Below are positions 1-10,916 of a stretch of 30,218 nucleotides of DNA, in pieces. Position 1 is the stretch's first letter. Every line of letters begins with the position of its first letter. This stretch comes from a virus (taxonomy: Duplodnaviria; Caudoviricetes): the IMG/VR virus record IMGVR_UViG_3300033076_000365, positions 1 to 30,218 of that record, one strand, 5' to 3'. Made by a program: the position numbers and the translations under genes. The notes beneath the pieces were generated by a model. That model did not search any database and was not told the origin of the DNA. It saw nothing but the letters and a program-made list of their open reading frames with translations.

Positions 1-885
1 CAAATCATTATTTGATGTGGCACCAAAGCCACCAGCATTTGCATTATTAGCTGGGTTCCACTGCTCAACTGTGCCAGAACCAGCAACTAATAAGTTATTG
101 TAATCTCTAGCTGTAGCAGTTGATGTAGAATACTGGTGATAACCATAATAACCAGAATAAAGTGCAGAGATTTTGTTTGGTCCACCAGCCTGTGTAAAGC
201 TATTGTATGGTGATGTATTAGTTGTATAAAGAGATAATGCCCTACCTATTGTAGTAAATGGTGTTGGGTTGCCACCACCTAATGCATCTGTAAGACCATA
301 ACTATAATTTGCTAATGTAGCTGAACCAGCACCACCTTCTGAACGAAGCTGTGATGTAAGATACCTTACTGGTCTGGTAACCTGTCCTGTCCAATAAGTT
401 GTAAGACCCTGTGCCACACCAACGTTTACTTGTGAAAGAGAGGAATTTGTAGGTGTATTAAAGTTGGTAGTCCACATGCCATCAACATCTGCTTCTACTA
501 TAACAGCATACTTATTAAAGTTTACATCAGAAAGAATTTCAGAGGATAGGGTTCTTATGTCAATACCAAGTATTGGTGATTGAACTGCTGCCCAATAGCC
601 TCCAGCAAAAAGTGAATTAGCTGTTGCTGGAACATTACCTACTAGTTTTCCACCAGAGATGCTGATAGAACATCCAGTATTAACAGCAATGTTTTTAATC
701 TTTGCAGTAACGGATGGAACTTGTGAACCTGCTGCTGTAGCTAATGTATAATCTCCATCAGCAGAGAATGACTGATTTGGTAAAGTAGTAAAATCTATAG
801 AGGCAACAAGTTTCTTTTGCCCATCAGAAACAATTATTGTTTGACCTCCACCATCTGCTGCTTGGAATACATCTGCTATTGGCAT
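1..885 (-). CDS. Putative tail/receptor-binding protein, N-terminal 295 aa (MPIADVFQAADGGG...); continues across the junction to 30218..30120, 327 aa in total
   Basis: Translated by hand: ATG at 885, open to position 1; Gly/Thr/Asn/aromatic-rich; absent from the ORF track because it crosses the window edge. Confidence 0.8.
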   Translation of the reverse strand, partial: MPIADVFQAADGGGQTIIVSDGQKKLVASIDFTTLPNQSFSADGDYTLATAAGSQVPSVTAKIKNIAVNTGCSISISGGKLVGNVPATANSLFAGGYWAAVQSPILGIDIRTLSSEILSDVNFNKYAVIVEADVDGMWTTNFNTPTNSSLSQVNVGVAQGLTTYWTGQVTRPVRYLTSQLRSEGGAGSATLANYSYGLTDALGGGNPTPFTTIGRALSLYTTNTSPYNSFTQAGGPNKISALYSGYYGYHQYSTSTATARDYNNLLVAGSGTVEQWNPANNANAGGFGATSNNDL

Positions 886-886
886 G

Positions 887-1321
887 TTAGTTTTTCTCTA
901 AGATTAAGTTAACGTACTTTAGATTTGCTGTACCTGCATCTGTTTTAACTGTTACATAAAGAGTTGGGGTTTCAAGCCAAGCATCAACATCTACTTTAAA
1001 AACAACACCACCTCTTGATGGAGTTGTATAACCAGTAGCAATAGTGGCCTGTGTATCTGGTACAAGGATTTCATCTCCTGCTGCATCTGGAGAAACACGT
1101 ACAGTTAATTTTGCACAACCGCCAGCGATAGCATGAACATGAATATAGATTGAAGAAAGTTTAACACCAAACTTTGCAGCCTTTGGTATCTCAATACTTG
1201 ACGTTCCACTTGCTGGATTGCTAAGTATATTAATTCCTATTGGAGCAACAAAGCTCGTTGATAGTGCGGTTGTGATTGTTCCTGTAGATACAGGCCAAAC
1301 TTCTGGTGCTATTTTTGCCAT
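887..1321 (-). CDS. Hypothetical virion/tail-associated protein (144 aa, beta-rich)
   Basis: ORF with RBS GAGGGAA and the repeated upstream motif; late-region position. Confidence 0.65.
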   Translation of the reverse strand: MAKIAPEVWPVSTGTITTALSTSFVAPIGINILSNPASGTSSIEIPKAAKFGVKLSSIYIHVHAIAGGCAKLTVRVSPDAAGDEILVPDTQATIATGYTTPSRGGVVFKVDVDAWLETPTLYVTVKTDAGTANLKYVNLILEKN

Positions 1322-1343
1322 GATTAATTCCCTCTATTATAAG

Positions 1344-1484
1344 CTATTTCTTTTTTGTCTTTTTACTTTTACCAGCCTTATCTAATGCAATCGCAATAGC
1401 TTGCTTTTGCTTACGACCTTTCTTCATTAACTCGCTGATATTCTTACTGATTGTTTTATTAGAACTTCCTTTTTTAAGTGGCAT
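1344..1484 (-). CDS. Small Lys-rich phage protein, 46 aa ([46 protein letters not shown])
   Basis: Hand-translated; starts right after the stop of the 2235 aa gene; resembles the widespread small phage 'MPLKKG..KTIS.NI.EL...G..QKQA.AIAL' family. Confidence 0.85.
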   Translation of the reverse strand: MPLKKGSSNKTISKNISELMKKGRKQKQAIAIALDKAGKSKKTKKK

Positions 1485-4400
1485 TTAAATCTCCGAATTT
1501 ATTCTTTCTATGATTGAGTTAGGGTCTTTACCCTCAGATGCGTACTGTAATTCTCTACTTAATTGTTTTGCTAATTCTTCTTGTGCTCTTAACCATTCTG
1601 GTGAAGGCATTGGAGATTGCAAACCAGAATGATAGAGATAAACATTACCATCCTTATAACGTTTAAGTTCTGCTCCTGCTGGGTCTACACCATTAGCTAT
1701 GCTGGTAGCAATAGCCCAATCTTTTAATGAGCGTTCGTATCCAAAGAGAACACCTTGAAGTACATCTACTTCAAAAGCAATCTTACCTTTGGCTGAATTA
1801 AATTTCCATTGACGACCATTCCATGTAGGCTCTCCAGGTTTTACTAACACAGGATTACCAGCCTTATCTTCTACTGGCTTTAAGTCATATCTATCTTTAA
1901 GTAATTCAATATCTCCCATTGTTACATGTTGAGCCAGAGCTGCTGATGGATAATAACCATGTGGAGCATTAGGACTTTTCTGTAGGAGAAGAGACATATT
2001 CTTTGCAAATTCAAAGTGTGGCTGAGAAGTTACTACATCAAAAGTTCCAGCAGCCATTGTAGCAAATAGCTTATCTTTATTGTAAGCATCAACACCAGCC
2101 ATTACTCCACCAAGAACTCTCGAATAACTTTCAAAGACAGGATTGGCTGCTCCATAAAAGCCTGTCTTGTATCCATCATAGGTCTGACCTTCTGTCCAAG
2201 AGTACATTCTAGTTGAAGCATATTTTGCTACATAAGCATTGTGTCTCTTGAGGAAGTTGTCTTCTGTTCCTTTTTGTATTCTGGCTTGTGCTGCCAGATA
2301 CTTGGCTGCATCTGGACGGAATAAACCTTGAATACTTTCTACAGTTGATTGACGCATGAAGGAATAGAAAAGCATCCAAGAAGAAATTAACTTTCTTTCC
2401 CAATCAGAAATCTTAGAGTAATCTAGAAGAACATTTCTAGCTAACTCAGCAGCTTCTCCTTCTGTAGTACCAGAGCGAAGAGCTTCTTTAAATACTGCTT
2501 CGCGGAATACATAGTCAGCTTCTGAACCAACGATATTAAAAGCAGAAGTATTTCTTGATAGAGGACCATAGTTTCTACGAACCTTCTCTATAAAGGCAGC
2601 ATTGTATCCAGCCTCATTAATTTCTCCAGCTCTCTTTACATCTTGTAGGATGGAGGAAGAGAAGTCAAAATCGTACTGAGACATCTTATAAACATTATTA
2701 CGGAAGACTTGTGTTAGTTCTACATCCGTATAAACCTTACCAGATGGGGTTATGATTAAGTCTGATTTTGTTGCACCAATGAGATTACGAAAACCTTGAC
2801 GAAGATAAGTTGTTGCGGCTGCTCCAGCAGAACCTACTCTTCCTACAGCAGAGCCAACAGCAGCGCCCACTCTGGTGCCTCTAGCTCCTCTAACGAGGGT
2901 TCCAGCACCAGCACCTAGGAGTGCAGCACCAGCAGCAGCAGCGGGGCTTAGAGTGGCACCAAAGGTAGCTGCTCCAGCAATTGTAGCTCCAACACCAGCC
3001 TCACCTATTACTTCGGCAGCTCTACTGATTGGTCTGACAAATCCTTTTGGAATATTTAAGATAGCTGTACCAACATATTGTGGTGCTGTTACAGAAGCAA
3101 TAACAGGTACGGAGAAATTGTTAACACCAAGGAAGCGACCATTGAGTGTCCAGATACCACCAAGCATTCCACCGATAGCATTTCTTCTCAGAGTTCCAGC
3201 AGCCCAACCAATACGAGAAGCAATAAAATCTTTTGCTTCTTTATTGGATGCACCTAAATCTTCTAAAGCAGCATTCAAGAACTTATTGCTTTCTGTCATT
3301 TCAGAAAACATCTTGTAGCTATCTGGGTCTAAGAATACTTTTAAATCTCCGACAGACTTCATCTGGGCATTAATAGCTTCATAACCACCAGAGCCAGATT
3401 TAAAATCAAATCCTAATGTGTAAAGTTTTGCTTTAACATTGTTGATAGATAGTTCTAGAATTCTTTCTATATCAGAAGCAGTTACAAGAGCTACGTTGTT
3501 TTTAATAACATCTACAAATTCACCAGTCTTTGAAAACTTAACTATTTCTTTTGTTTCTGAATAAGCAGACACATCTCCTTTCTCTAGAATTTGTTTTACC
3601 AATCCATTCCTTTCTTTTACTAAAGCTCTTCTTGAAGTAGCAACGGCTTCTCCACCAGCTTCTACTATATCATCAACAAGAACTTCTACAGCATCTTCTA
3701 TCTCTGTTATTCTAGAACGAAGAACTTTGTTTACCAACATATCTTCTGCTATAGTAGTTCCATCTCCTCTACCATATCCAACTTCAAGAGAAAGAGAACG
3801 ATGCTCTTCTGCTAAGACCCTTATTTCATCTGTTGGTATATCACCATCTTTCCAAATCTTTTGGATAAGCTCAGACTTCTTTGGTTTGACAGCAGCTCCT
3901 ATCTCATTATTAATTTCTTCAATACGAGAAATAATAGCCGCATCATCTGTAAAGCGGGCAGGGTCCATAACAATATCGGCTTTAAGGTCTGCTCTTTTTG
4001 TAGGAGGTATGATGGTAACTTCATCAGTTTGAGCTACGTAATCATCAAAATTAATCTTTGGATAATTATTACGTAGATTAGTTTTTACTTTTTTAACTAT
4101 ATCTTCTACATTAAATATCTTACTATAACTATTGGCTAGCTCAGCAGAAATACCAGAAGCATTATCAATACCATTCTTAATAATTGAGTTTGTTACTTTA
4201 AAGTAAACTTCATTTTCTACTTCAGACCAAGCTTTACCATTAGAAATATAAGTTGAAATTTCATCAACAATAGCTTTGCGAACTAGCTTATCTACAGTTC
4301 TTTCATAAGTACCAAGACCTCTAGTATCTCTTTGGATAACTTCTACACCATCAGTTACAGAAACAGATTTTGGATTACCCCATCTTTCTCCATCTGGTGT

Positions 4401-7400
4401 AACTCTAACTACATCATCATAAGCTGTTCTGGCAGCTTCAGTAAAGTATTCGTTACTATCACGTAGAAGTTTAGCCTTCTCACCTCTATTAACTGAGATA
4501 ACTAATTCTGGATTTCTAGTGGCTAGGTCTACAGCAAAGCTTTCTATTAGGGCATCTTTTCTAACATCAAGTATTTTAGCAATAAACAAATCAGAGATAG
4601 CATCATCTGTAAGTAGTTTTAATCCTTTATTAATCCAATCTTTATTGCCTGCTCTAGTTGTGGCAATCATATCTTCCATCAAACCAACAATAGTGGAACG
4701 GCCCTCAAGAGTTCCAGAGACAGCAGCTAAGTCTATTCTTCCTTCAGAGATAAATGGTTTTAATGTAGAATAGATTGGACCATCTGCGGATAAAAATGTT
4801 TCAGTTAATTTATAATCTGGTAGATTTTGTATACCAAAAAATCTTCTGATTAAATCCCAATATAGGTCTGCTACTTCACTAGCAGCAACAGTACCATCCT
4901 CAGCTACTTTAAGAGTAGATAAGATTTCATTATCTATTAGTTTGGTAAAGGCAACTGAGCCTTCTTCGCCAGCATTAATAGCAGTTCGTAAGTCTTGGAT
5001 AAGTTCTTGTGGTAATGAATTTATTCTGGTGGAAAGAGTTTTTAAAGCATTAGCAATTGGAAGTGGAGCAGCATCAATTGTTTTATTTAGACTACGAACA
5101 AGACCAGCAATTGGTCTAGTTTTAGCTAAAGCTCTAGCCAAGGTAGTATTAGTAAGTGCGTCAAGTCCCCTTTGAATTACAGGTACTCTAACAATATCTT
5201 CAACACCACGAATAAGTGGTAGTCTTCTACCAACAGGAATAGCAGCACGCTCTGTTAGTTTGCTTGTTTGTCTTGGTGAAACAACACTTGTTCCAAGTTC
5301 TGCTCTAGCAATAGAAGTTCTTACTGTATTAACAATTGAGTTAACTTCTTCAACAAGTAGTTTTTCTCCAGCAGCAACCTTATCAAGTATAGCACTCCAA
5401 TATGGATTGTTCTCTATTCTAACAGCACCAAGTTCTTCTGAAAGTATTCTTACTAAATTAGTTTTGGTAGCTTCTGGCAGACGAATTGTATTATCTCCAG
5501 CATCAACAAAGGTTTCGATAACTCTATCTTTTGTAGTTCCATAGATTGCTTCTTTAACCGCTGCGTCTACTTTGGCTCCAACCTTTTCCCATCTAGAAGC
5601 TTTGGCAAGAGCAGTAGGTGAAATGAATACCCAATCATTATAATTAGCTTTAGCTAGGTCTTCTGCTAATCTATCAGCTACAATTAAATCTGCTACTCTC
5701 TTATTAATTCCAGAGAATATATCAGCACCCTCATCAACAGCAGCAAAAGTTTTTGCCGCATCATAAGCATCTAATAAATTACGAAGTTCAGCTTCTGATA
5801 ATTTACCAGTATCTTCTACAATGCCTCTTATTCTTGCAACATCAGAATAAAGACCTCTAATACTTTCTGCTCTTAATTCTGCTGTTCTTACTCTAGCTGC
5901 ATCAAATGAAGATGGATTTCTTAAAACATCAGCATCACCTCTGGCAATACCTTTTGTTAGACTATTATTAAGATAAGAAAAAATATCATCAACAACTACT
6001 TTATAAACATAGGAACCAACTTTTGTTTTACCTAATGTTTCTTGTAGTTTAGATATATCAGCAATATCTATTTGTTTACCTATTGCATCTTGTATTAATT
6101 TTATATCAGTTCCAACTTCATCTGCAATAGCTGCAAACTCTGAAGGAATAGGCTTTCCTTCAAGAATAATATCTGCAATTTTTGGAGCTAAGGTTTCTGC
6201 AACGAAATCAGCTACTGGCTTTGGATTTACACTTATATCAAATACCTTTAAGTCTTCCGCTCCAATACCAAATGCTTTGGCTATTGCTCTTGCTTTTCCT
6301 ACCTCAACACTTCTTCTTGCAAGTGGAGCCAGTGCATCAGAGATTGGACTATCAATAATTTTACCAGTGATTTCCAATCCTTTAGCTAAACGTGGAGAAA
6401 CCTTTGCAGCAGCACCACCAAGTTTACCAACTGCTCCTCCAATAACTGTAGTAGGAAGAACGGGAAGTGCAATCTCAGTTCCTATGCCAAACCAAAATGG
6501 AAGTGAACTATCTTTTCCATACAAATATTGTGCTGCTTGTAAGTCAGAATAATCGTCACCAAGACCACGACCAATAGCAATAGAAAATGCCGTATCATTA
6601 AAATAATTTCCAGAAGAAAGTTCTGGTTTTTTAGTAATACCAGAACCTACTTCTCTAGCTGAAGTTGTGAGGAAAGATACTCCAAGTGTAGGTAGCGCAG
6701 AAATAATTGGAGTTACCGCAGCAGCAAAATCGCTACGACCTATTGTATCTGCTACTGCGGTATTTGCATCATTTATAAATTGTGCAAGTAAATAATTTCT
6801 ATCTGTTGGGTCAACAGGACTTCCATCTGGATTAACATCGTAAGTCATGGAACGTATTGCTGGCTGTGTAACAGTACGTATTAAACCACTTAAATCACGA
6901 AGAGCAGCACCTGTTCTACTTTCGTAAAGCTGTCCCTTCTCATCTTCTCCAGTTAATACATATTCAGCGGCTTTAGAAATGGTGCCCTTTTCTGTACCAG
7001 TTCTTTTAGCATAAAGTTCTGGATTAACTTCTTCAAGCCAAAGCTTAGAAATTTCATCTGCTTGGTCATTAACAATACCATATTCTGGAGAACCTTCTTT
7101 TGGTTCTTTGCCTTCTGCTGCAAGAGAGCCAAGCAGGAATGCTCTTGACTTAATACGAATATCTTCTTCGCCCTGTTGAACTAGCTCTTCAAACCTTTTA
7201 GCTTTCCAAGCATCTACTTTTTTCTGGTCAATTCCACCAGCAGTTCTATCTTTTAGGGCAACGTAGAAGCTTTCGGTTTCTGATGGAAGATTACCCTCTT
7301 GCCATAAACCTAATTCTTCTACAACTCTATCTTCAATTATTTTTCTTAGGGCAGCACCACGTTCTTCTCTGCTCTTACGAAGTTTAAACTGAGAAGTGCT

Positions 7401-8192
7401 TTCTAAAGCTTGACGACCAAATACATCTGATAGGGACCAATTTCCTTCAGCAAATGCTTCTGGGTCCAAAGCTCCTGTTGCATCAGCTATCTTAGAAGCA
7501 TAATCACCAATCTCTCTTGGTGTAAGAATAATACCAGCAACTAACTGGGAAGCTCTAGCCTCGGCTTCAGTTCTGCTAGCTCCTTGGCGGATTAAATCAT
7601 CTTTAAATTTTTCCCAAGCTTTTCTTTCATCATCTTTTAGACCAGCTCTAAACTTTTGAATTTGTGATGCTTCATCAATAACTGGAGCTTCACCTTCAAC
7701 TGGAGCCGCCTTTTCTAGAATAGGAGTACCCTTAGCTACGTCTTCTGCTGTAGCTTTCTTTAGACGAAACTGGGGCTCAACTGCTGGAAGACCTTCTTCT
7801 TCAGTTACTGGTTTAGGTCCAACAACAACATCACCTTCAATAATGAAGTCTTCTTCTACAGGTCTTGCAGCTTCTCTGGCTAAACGCTCACTTTCTGTAA
7901 TAAGAAAATCTTCAGCAGTCTCTACTAAACCTTCTTCAGTTGGAGCTTCTTCTTCTGTAAAAGTAGTAGGCTCTACAACCTCTGGAGCAATAGCAGCCAG
8001 AGGTACAACTGTACCTAGTGTTTGTTCAATAGGTTTTCCAGAAGCAGCCTGTTCTCTAACTGCTCCACCTATTTTATAATCTGCAAACTCATCAGCATAT
8101 TTCTGACCAGAGACTTGGAATTCTTTATAAAGTTCTAAGTCTTCTGGTGATAATAATTTTAGAGCTTCTTCTGTATACTTGGGTTTAGCCAT
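1485..8192 (-). CDS. Large ejection/DNA-transfer (internal virion) protein, 2235 aa
   Basis: Last and largest of three helical ORFs after the tail genes; acidic N-terminus; G/A-rich hydrophobic segments; C-terminal 'AAELARNVLLDYSKISDWERK...FYSF' motif typical of large podovirus injection proteins. Confidence 0.75.
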   Translation of the reverse strand: MAKPKYTEEALKLLSPEDLELYKEFQVSGQKYADEFADYKIGGAVREQAASGKPIEQTLGTVVPLAAIAPEVVEPTTFTEEEAPTEEGLVETAEDFLITESERLAREAARPVEEDFIIEGDVVVGPKPVTEEEGLPAVEPQFRLKKATAEDVAKGTPILEKAAPVEGEAPVIDEASQIQKFRAGLKDDERKAWEKFKDDLIRQGASRTEAEARASQLVAGIILTPREIGDYASKIADATGALDPEAFAEGNWSLSDVFGRQALESTSQFKLRKSREERGAALRKIIEDRVVEELGLWQEGNLPSETESFYVALKDRTAGGIDQKKVDAWKAKRFEELVQQGEEDIRIKSRAFLLGSLAAEGKEPKEGSPEYGIVNDQADEISKLWLEEVNPELYAKRTGTEKGTISKAAEYVLTGEDEKGQLYESRTGAALRDLSGLIRTVTQPAIRSMTYDVNPDGSPVDPTDRNYLLAQFINDANTAVADTIGRSDFAAAVTPIISALPTLGVSFLTTSAREVGSGITKKPELSSGNYFNDTAFSIAIGRGLGDDYSDLQAAQYLYGKDSSLPFWFGIGTEIALPVLPTTVIGGAVGKLGGAAAKVSPRLAKGLEITGKIIDSPISDALAPLARRSVEVGKARAIAKAFGIGAEDLKVFDISVNPKPVADFVAETLAPKIADIILEGKPIPSEFAAIADEVGTDIKLIQDAIGKQIDIADISKLQETLGKTKVGSYVYKVVVDDIFSYLNNSLTKGIARGDADVLRNPSSFDAARVRTAELRAESIRGLYSDVARIRGIVEDTGKLSEAELRNLLDAYDAAKTFAAVDEGADIFSGINKRVADLIVADRLAEDLAKANYNDWVFISPTALAKASRWEKVGAKVDAAVKEAIYGTTKDRVIETFVDAGDNTIRLPEATKTNLVRILSEELGAVRIENNPYWSAILDKVAAGEKLLVEEVNSIVNTVRTSIARAELGTSVVSPRQTSKLTERAAIPVGRRLPLIRGVEDIVRVPVIQRGLDALTNTTLARALAKTRPIAGLVRSLNKTIDAAPLPIANALKTLSTRINSLPQELIQDLRTAINAGEEGSVAFTKLIDNEILSTLKVAEDGTVAASEVADLYWDLIRRFFGIQNLPDYKLTETFLSADGPIYSTLKPFISEGRIDLAAVSGTLEGRSTIVGLMEDMIATTRAGNKDWINKGLKLLTDDAISDLFIAKILDVRKDALIESFAVDLATRNPELVISVNRGEKAKLLRDSNEYFTEAARTAYDDVVRVTPDGERWGNPKSVSVTDGVEVIQRDTRGLGTYERTVDKLVRKAIVDEISTYISNGKAWSEVENEVYFKVTNSIIKNGIDNASGISAELANSYSKIFNVEDIVKKVKTNLRNNYPKINFDDYVAQTDEVTIIPPTKRADLKADIVMDPARFTDDAAIISRIEEINNEIGAAVKPKKSELIQKIWKDGDIPTDEIRVLAEEHRSLSLEVGYGRGDGTTIAEDMLVNKVLRSRITEIEDAVEVLVDDIVEAGGEAVATSRRALVKERNGLVKQILEKGDVSAYSETKEIVKFSKTGEFVDVIKNNVALVTASDIERILELSINNVKAKLYTLGFDFKSGSGGYEAINAQMKSVGDLKVFLDPDSYKMFSEMTESNKFLNAALEDLGASNKEAKDFIASRIGWAAGTLRRNAIGGMLGGIWTLNGRFLGVNNFSVPVIASVTAPQYVGTAILNIPKGFVRPISRAAEVIGEAGVGATIAGAATFGATLSPAAAAGAALLGAGAGTLVRGARGTRVGAAVGSAVGRVGSAGAAATTYLRQGFRNLIGATKSDLIITPSGKVYTDVELTQVFRNNVYKMSQYDFDFSSSILQDVKRAGEINEAGYNAAFIEKVRRNYGPLSRNTSAFNIVGSEADYVFREAVFKEALRSGTTEGEAAELARNVLLDYSKISDWERKLISSWMLFYSFMRQSTVESIQGLFRPDAAKYLAAQARIQKGTEDNFLKRHNAYVAKYASTRMYSWTEGQTYDGYKTGFYGAANPVFESYSRVLGGVMAGVDAYNKDKLFATMAAGTFDVVTSQPHFEFAKNMSLLLQKSPNAPHGYYPSAALAQHVTMGDIELLKDRYDLKPVEDKAGNPVLVKPGEPTWNGRQWKFNSAKGKIAFEVDVLQGVLFGYERSLKDWAIATSIANGVDPAGAELKRYKDGNVYLYHSGLQSPMPSPEWLRAQEELAKQLSRELQYASEGKDPNSIIERINSEI

Positions 8193-8203
8193 TCATAGTT
8201 CCC

Positions 8204-8223
8204 CTACAATAAGCTCTTATTTT
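8204..8223 (-). promoter_or_regulatory. Repeated upstream motif copy (AAAATAAGAGCTTATTGTAG)
   Basis: Exact CTTATTGTAG, also at 16932 and 20184. Confidence 0.6.
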
Positions 8224-10131
8224 TTATCCTACGTTACCTGATGGGAAGTCTCCATATTTAGGTGCAAAGTAAGGTGTTGGTTCCATATTTGGTCCAAGTT
8301 CTGGAACCCTTGGAGGAGTAGTAGATACATCTTCTAAGTCAACTCCAGTATCAGTTGGACGTTTAGGAGTGTCAACAAGGAACTGTTCATATTGTGAAGC
8401 AACTATATTGTAAAGAATATCTTCTTTTGCTTTTCTAGCTAAATCTGCTGAACCATAAACAGAAACAATATCTGGACTAGAAGTTGTAACAGAAGATACT
8501 TGTTCATAGATTTGTTCTGGCTTAATAGAACCATCTTTAATACCAGACATTACTCTGTCATAAGCATCTTGAGAAATATCTACAAGAGAGCGTTTTTCTA
8601 CAGCACCATTTTTGGCAGCAGCTTGAACAGCCTTCATATACTCAAACATCTCATCTGCTTTACCATATCTCTTGGTAACTTTTGGAAGGGCTGGAGATTG
8701 CCTTCCGATAGTTCCACCTCTCATTGGGATTGGTGCAGATAAATCTCCAGCACCTCTGCCAGTTAACTCTGGTGTATCTAATGGAATACCCTGTTCTATT
8801 GCTCTGCGTCTAGTAGCATTCTCTGAAGAAACGGCAGCACCAATTTCCTCCATTGTTCCTCTACGACTGCGAAGAGGATTATATATTTCGCCAGTTCTTC
8901 TAGCTATATCTTCTGCCGTTGGAACTCCTACAGCTTCTGGTAAAGGTCCACCAAGACCGCCTTTTCTACTTTCGAGTGTACCTTCACGTTGGTAAGTTTG
9001 AATAATTGGATTATCTACGTTAGTATAGAGATAGCTTTCTAGAGCTGTTTTGTTTGGAAGAGCACCAAGACCATACTCTGATTTAATAACTCTAGCTACA
9101 GCATCAGCATTACTACCACTACCTACTTCTCTTGCTATAGCAGATGCAATAATTTCATCAGCCATTCTACTTTCATCTGCCGTAATAACACCATCGTTTC
9201 TTAGTGAATTGATAAGAACAGTATTGAGTGCATCACCAACACCATTGTTAGCTAGGCTATCAGCAATCTTTTCATCACCTGTTAAATCTCTTGGCTTTGA
9301 TTTTGCTAATTCTTCATCTATTATAGCAATGGTTCTCTTTAGAGCAGCAGTATCAGTACCAGCTTTAGCAACATACTCATCTGTTTTTGCTTTCTTAGCA
9401 ATAGCTAAAGCCTGTGCATCTATCTTATTAGCTGGTACAGCAAAGCGTGCAGCTATATTATCTTTAATTCTTTTTTCTTCAGTAGCACTTAAAGGCTGTC
9501 CACCATGACCAGCACGAACTGCTTGAGCTGTTTCTGAATAAAGATGAATTGCAAGTGCTTGTTTTTGTTCATCACTTACTCCAGTAAATGCAGTTGGAAT
9601 ATTTGGATTGCGAAGAATAAAATCATCAATAGCAGTTTCAGTAGCTCTTCCTTGTGGAACAGCAAACTTTGTTGCATCAGCAGCGGTAGCCTTAGAAACT
9701 TGGTCTAGTGATGAAGGAGTGGGAGTAAATAAACCTTCTGCTTTAGTAATTAGGTCTACTCTCTGTCCAGATATTGAAGCACCAACCTGTGCTAAAGCCT
9801 CTGCTGCTTTTTGTCTTTCAGCAATAAGCTTGGCTCTATCATCTCCAGTAAGACCACCAGCTTTTCTAGCTTTAATCTGTATATCTTTTGACTTAAGAGT
9901 AAACTGTTCTCTTTCTTTACGAAGTGCTGATTGTTCTTTTTCAATATCTTCGTACATTTGTTTTAGCTCAGTACGATAAGCTAAATCACTTTTATATTTT
10001 AGGAGAAGTTCTTCTTGTGCCCACTTCTTTTTTTCTTGAAGAAGTTCTGCTTTCTTTTTTAAATAAGTTCCAGCATAGCCATTACCAGCAGTTGCGTATG
10101 GAGGAGCTGTTTTTCTTGCAGTTATAGCCAT
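8224..10131 (-). CDS. Putative ejection/internal virion protein (635 aa, coiled-coil N-terminus)
   Basis: Middle gene of the three-gene ejection cluster by synteny (P22 gp20 / T7 gp15 position). Confidence 0.6.
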   Translation of the reverse strand: MAITARKTAPPYATAGNGYAGTYLKKKAELLQEKKKWAQEELLLKYKSDLAYRTELKQMYEDIEKEQSALRKEREQFTLKSKDIQIKARKAGGLTGDDRAKLIAERQKAAEALAQVGASISGQRVDLITKAEGLFTPTPSSLDQVSKATAADATKFAVPQGRATETAIDDFILRNPNIPTAFTGVSDEQKQALAIHLYSETAQAVRAGHGGQPLSATEEKRIKDNIAARFAVPANKIDAQALAIAKKAKTDEYVAKAGTDTAALKRTIAIIDEELAKSKPRDLTGDEKIADSLANNGVGDALNTVLINSLRNDGVITADESRMADEIIASAIAREVGSGSNADAVARVIKSEYGLGALPNKTALESYLYTNVDNPIIQTYQREGTLESRKGGLGGPLPEAVGVPTAEDIARRTGEIYNPLRSRRGTMEEIGAAVSSENATRRRAIEQGIPLDTPELTGRGAGDLSAPIPMRGGTIGRQSPALPKVTKRYGKADEMFEYMKAVQAAAKNGAVEKRSLVDISQDAYDRVMSGIKDGSIKPEQIYEQVSSVTTSSPDIVSVYGSADLARKAKEDILYNIVASQYEQFLVDTPKRPTDTGVDLEDVSTTPPRVPELGPNMEPTPYFAPKYGDFPSGNVG

Positions 10132-10134
10132 TGT

Positions 10135-10887
10135 TTATTTTTCTCCGTAAAAGTATCTAGCAAAATCTAGAGACTGTTGTGCTGATGCTCTAGCTTCTGG
10201 TGTTTGATTAGCGTCCTGCATAATTCCAAGATAGTAATTCTCTTCTTCAGCAAAGGCATCTTGTTCAGCTCTTGCAGCCATATCATCTGAGTAAGCTTTA
10301 GCAATTCCACCAAGAACCTCAATTGATTGTAGATTAGCTTCTCTTGCAGCGGCTTGACGTTTGCTTTCTTCTCCAAGCAATTCATAAATACGAGCTTCTT
10401 CTGTAGCTTTTTCTTTAAGATTAGCAGCCTCAATTTTATTTCTAGCTTCTTGTTCTTGCTGGGCAACTCTTTGTTCTTGACCAATTCCCATCTTAAAGAA
10501 AGAACCTGCGCCAAGGTCTGCACCTTGTAAGCCTTGCTGAAAAGCTAATTGTTGTTCTCTACGAGTAGCACGCATTGGGTCAATAAGCTCTGCTTCCAGT
10601 TGTGCTCTTTCAGCATCAGTTAAGCCAAGCATACCAAGCTCTTGTCTGCGTTGTAGCTCACCCAATTCTTTTAGTTGTGCTACTTGTAGAGGGTCGTCTT
10701 GATAAGATAATCCACCAATCAATCCTCCACCAAGAGCGCCTACACCAGCACCTATTAGAGTGCCCAAACCTGGGGCTATAGCAGAACCTACAGAAGCTCC
10801 TACAGAAGCTCCAGTTCCAGCTCCTTGTATACCAGCAGCAGCCCTTTGCCTTCTTAGTTCTTTCTCATATGGATTATCTGTTGCCAT
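10135..10887 (-). CDS. Putative ejection/pilot protein (250 aa)
   Basis: N-terminal glycine zipper (GAGTGASVGASVGSAIAPGLGTLIGAGVGALGGGLIGG) followed by a Gln/Glu-rich coiled coil, as in P22 gp7-position proteins. Confidence 0.7.
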   Translation of the reverse strand: MATDNPYEKELRRQRAAAGIQGAGTGASVGASVGSAIAPGLGTLIGAGVGALGGGLIGGLSYQDDPLQVAQLKELGELQRRQELGMLGLTDAERAQLEAELIDPMRATRREQQLAFQQGLQGADLGAGSFFKMGIGQEQRVAQQEQEARNKIEAANLKEKATEEARIYELLGEESKRQAAAREANLQSIEVLGGIAKAYSDDMAARAEQDAFAEEENYYLGIMQDANQTPEARASAQQSLDFARYFYGEK

Positions 10888-10916
10888 GCTGTTCCCTCAT
10901 AATAAGTAGTTTTTTT

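Noticed and set aside
1485-8192. Tape measure protein or virion RNA polymerase
   Set aside because: No tail tube or sheath genes; no DxDGD/DFDxD motif (YDFDFS does not fit) and no T7-type polymerase motifs seen
2875-9979. Many plus-strand ORFs opposite the ejection genes (and similar ones at 15111, 17324, 18138, 20337, 20729, 21235, 24059, 24749, 25830, 28688, 28833)
   Set aside because: Antisense shadows of long minus-strand genes; no RBS or recognisable motifs
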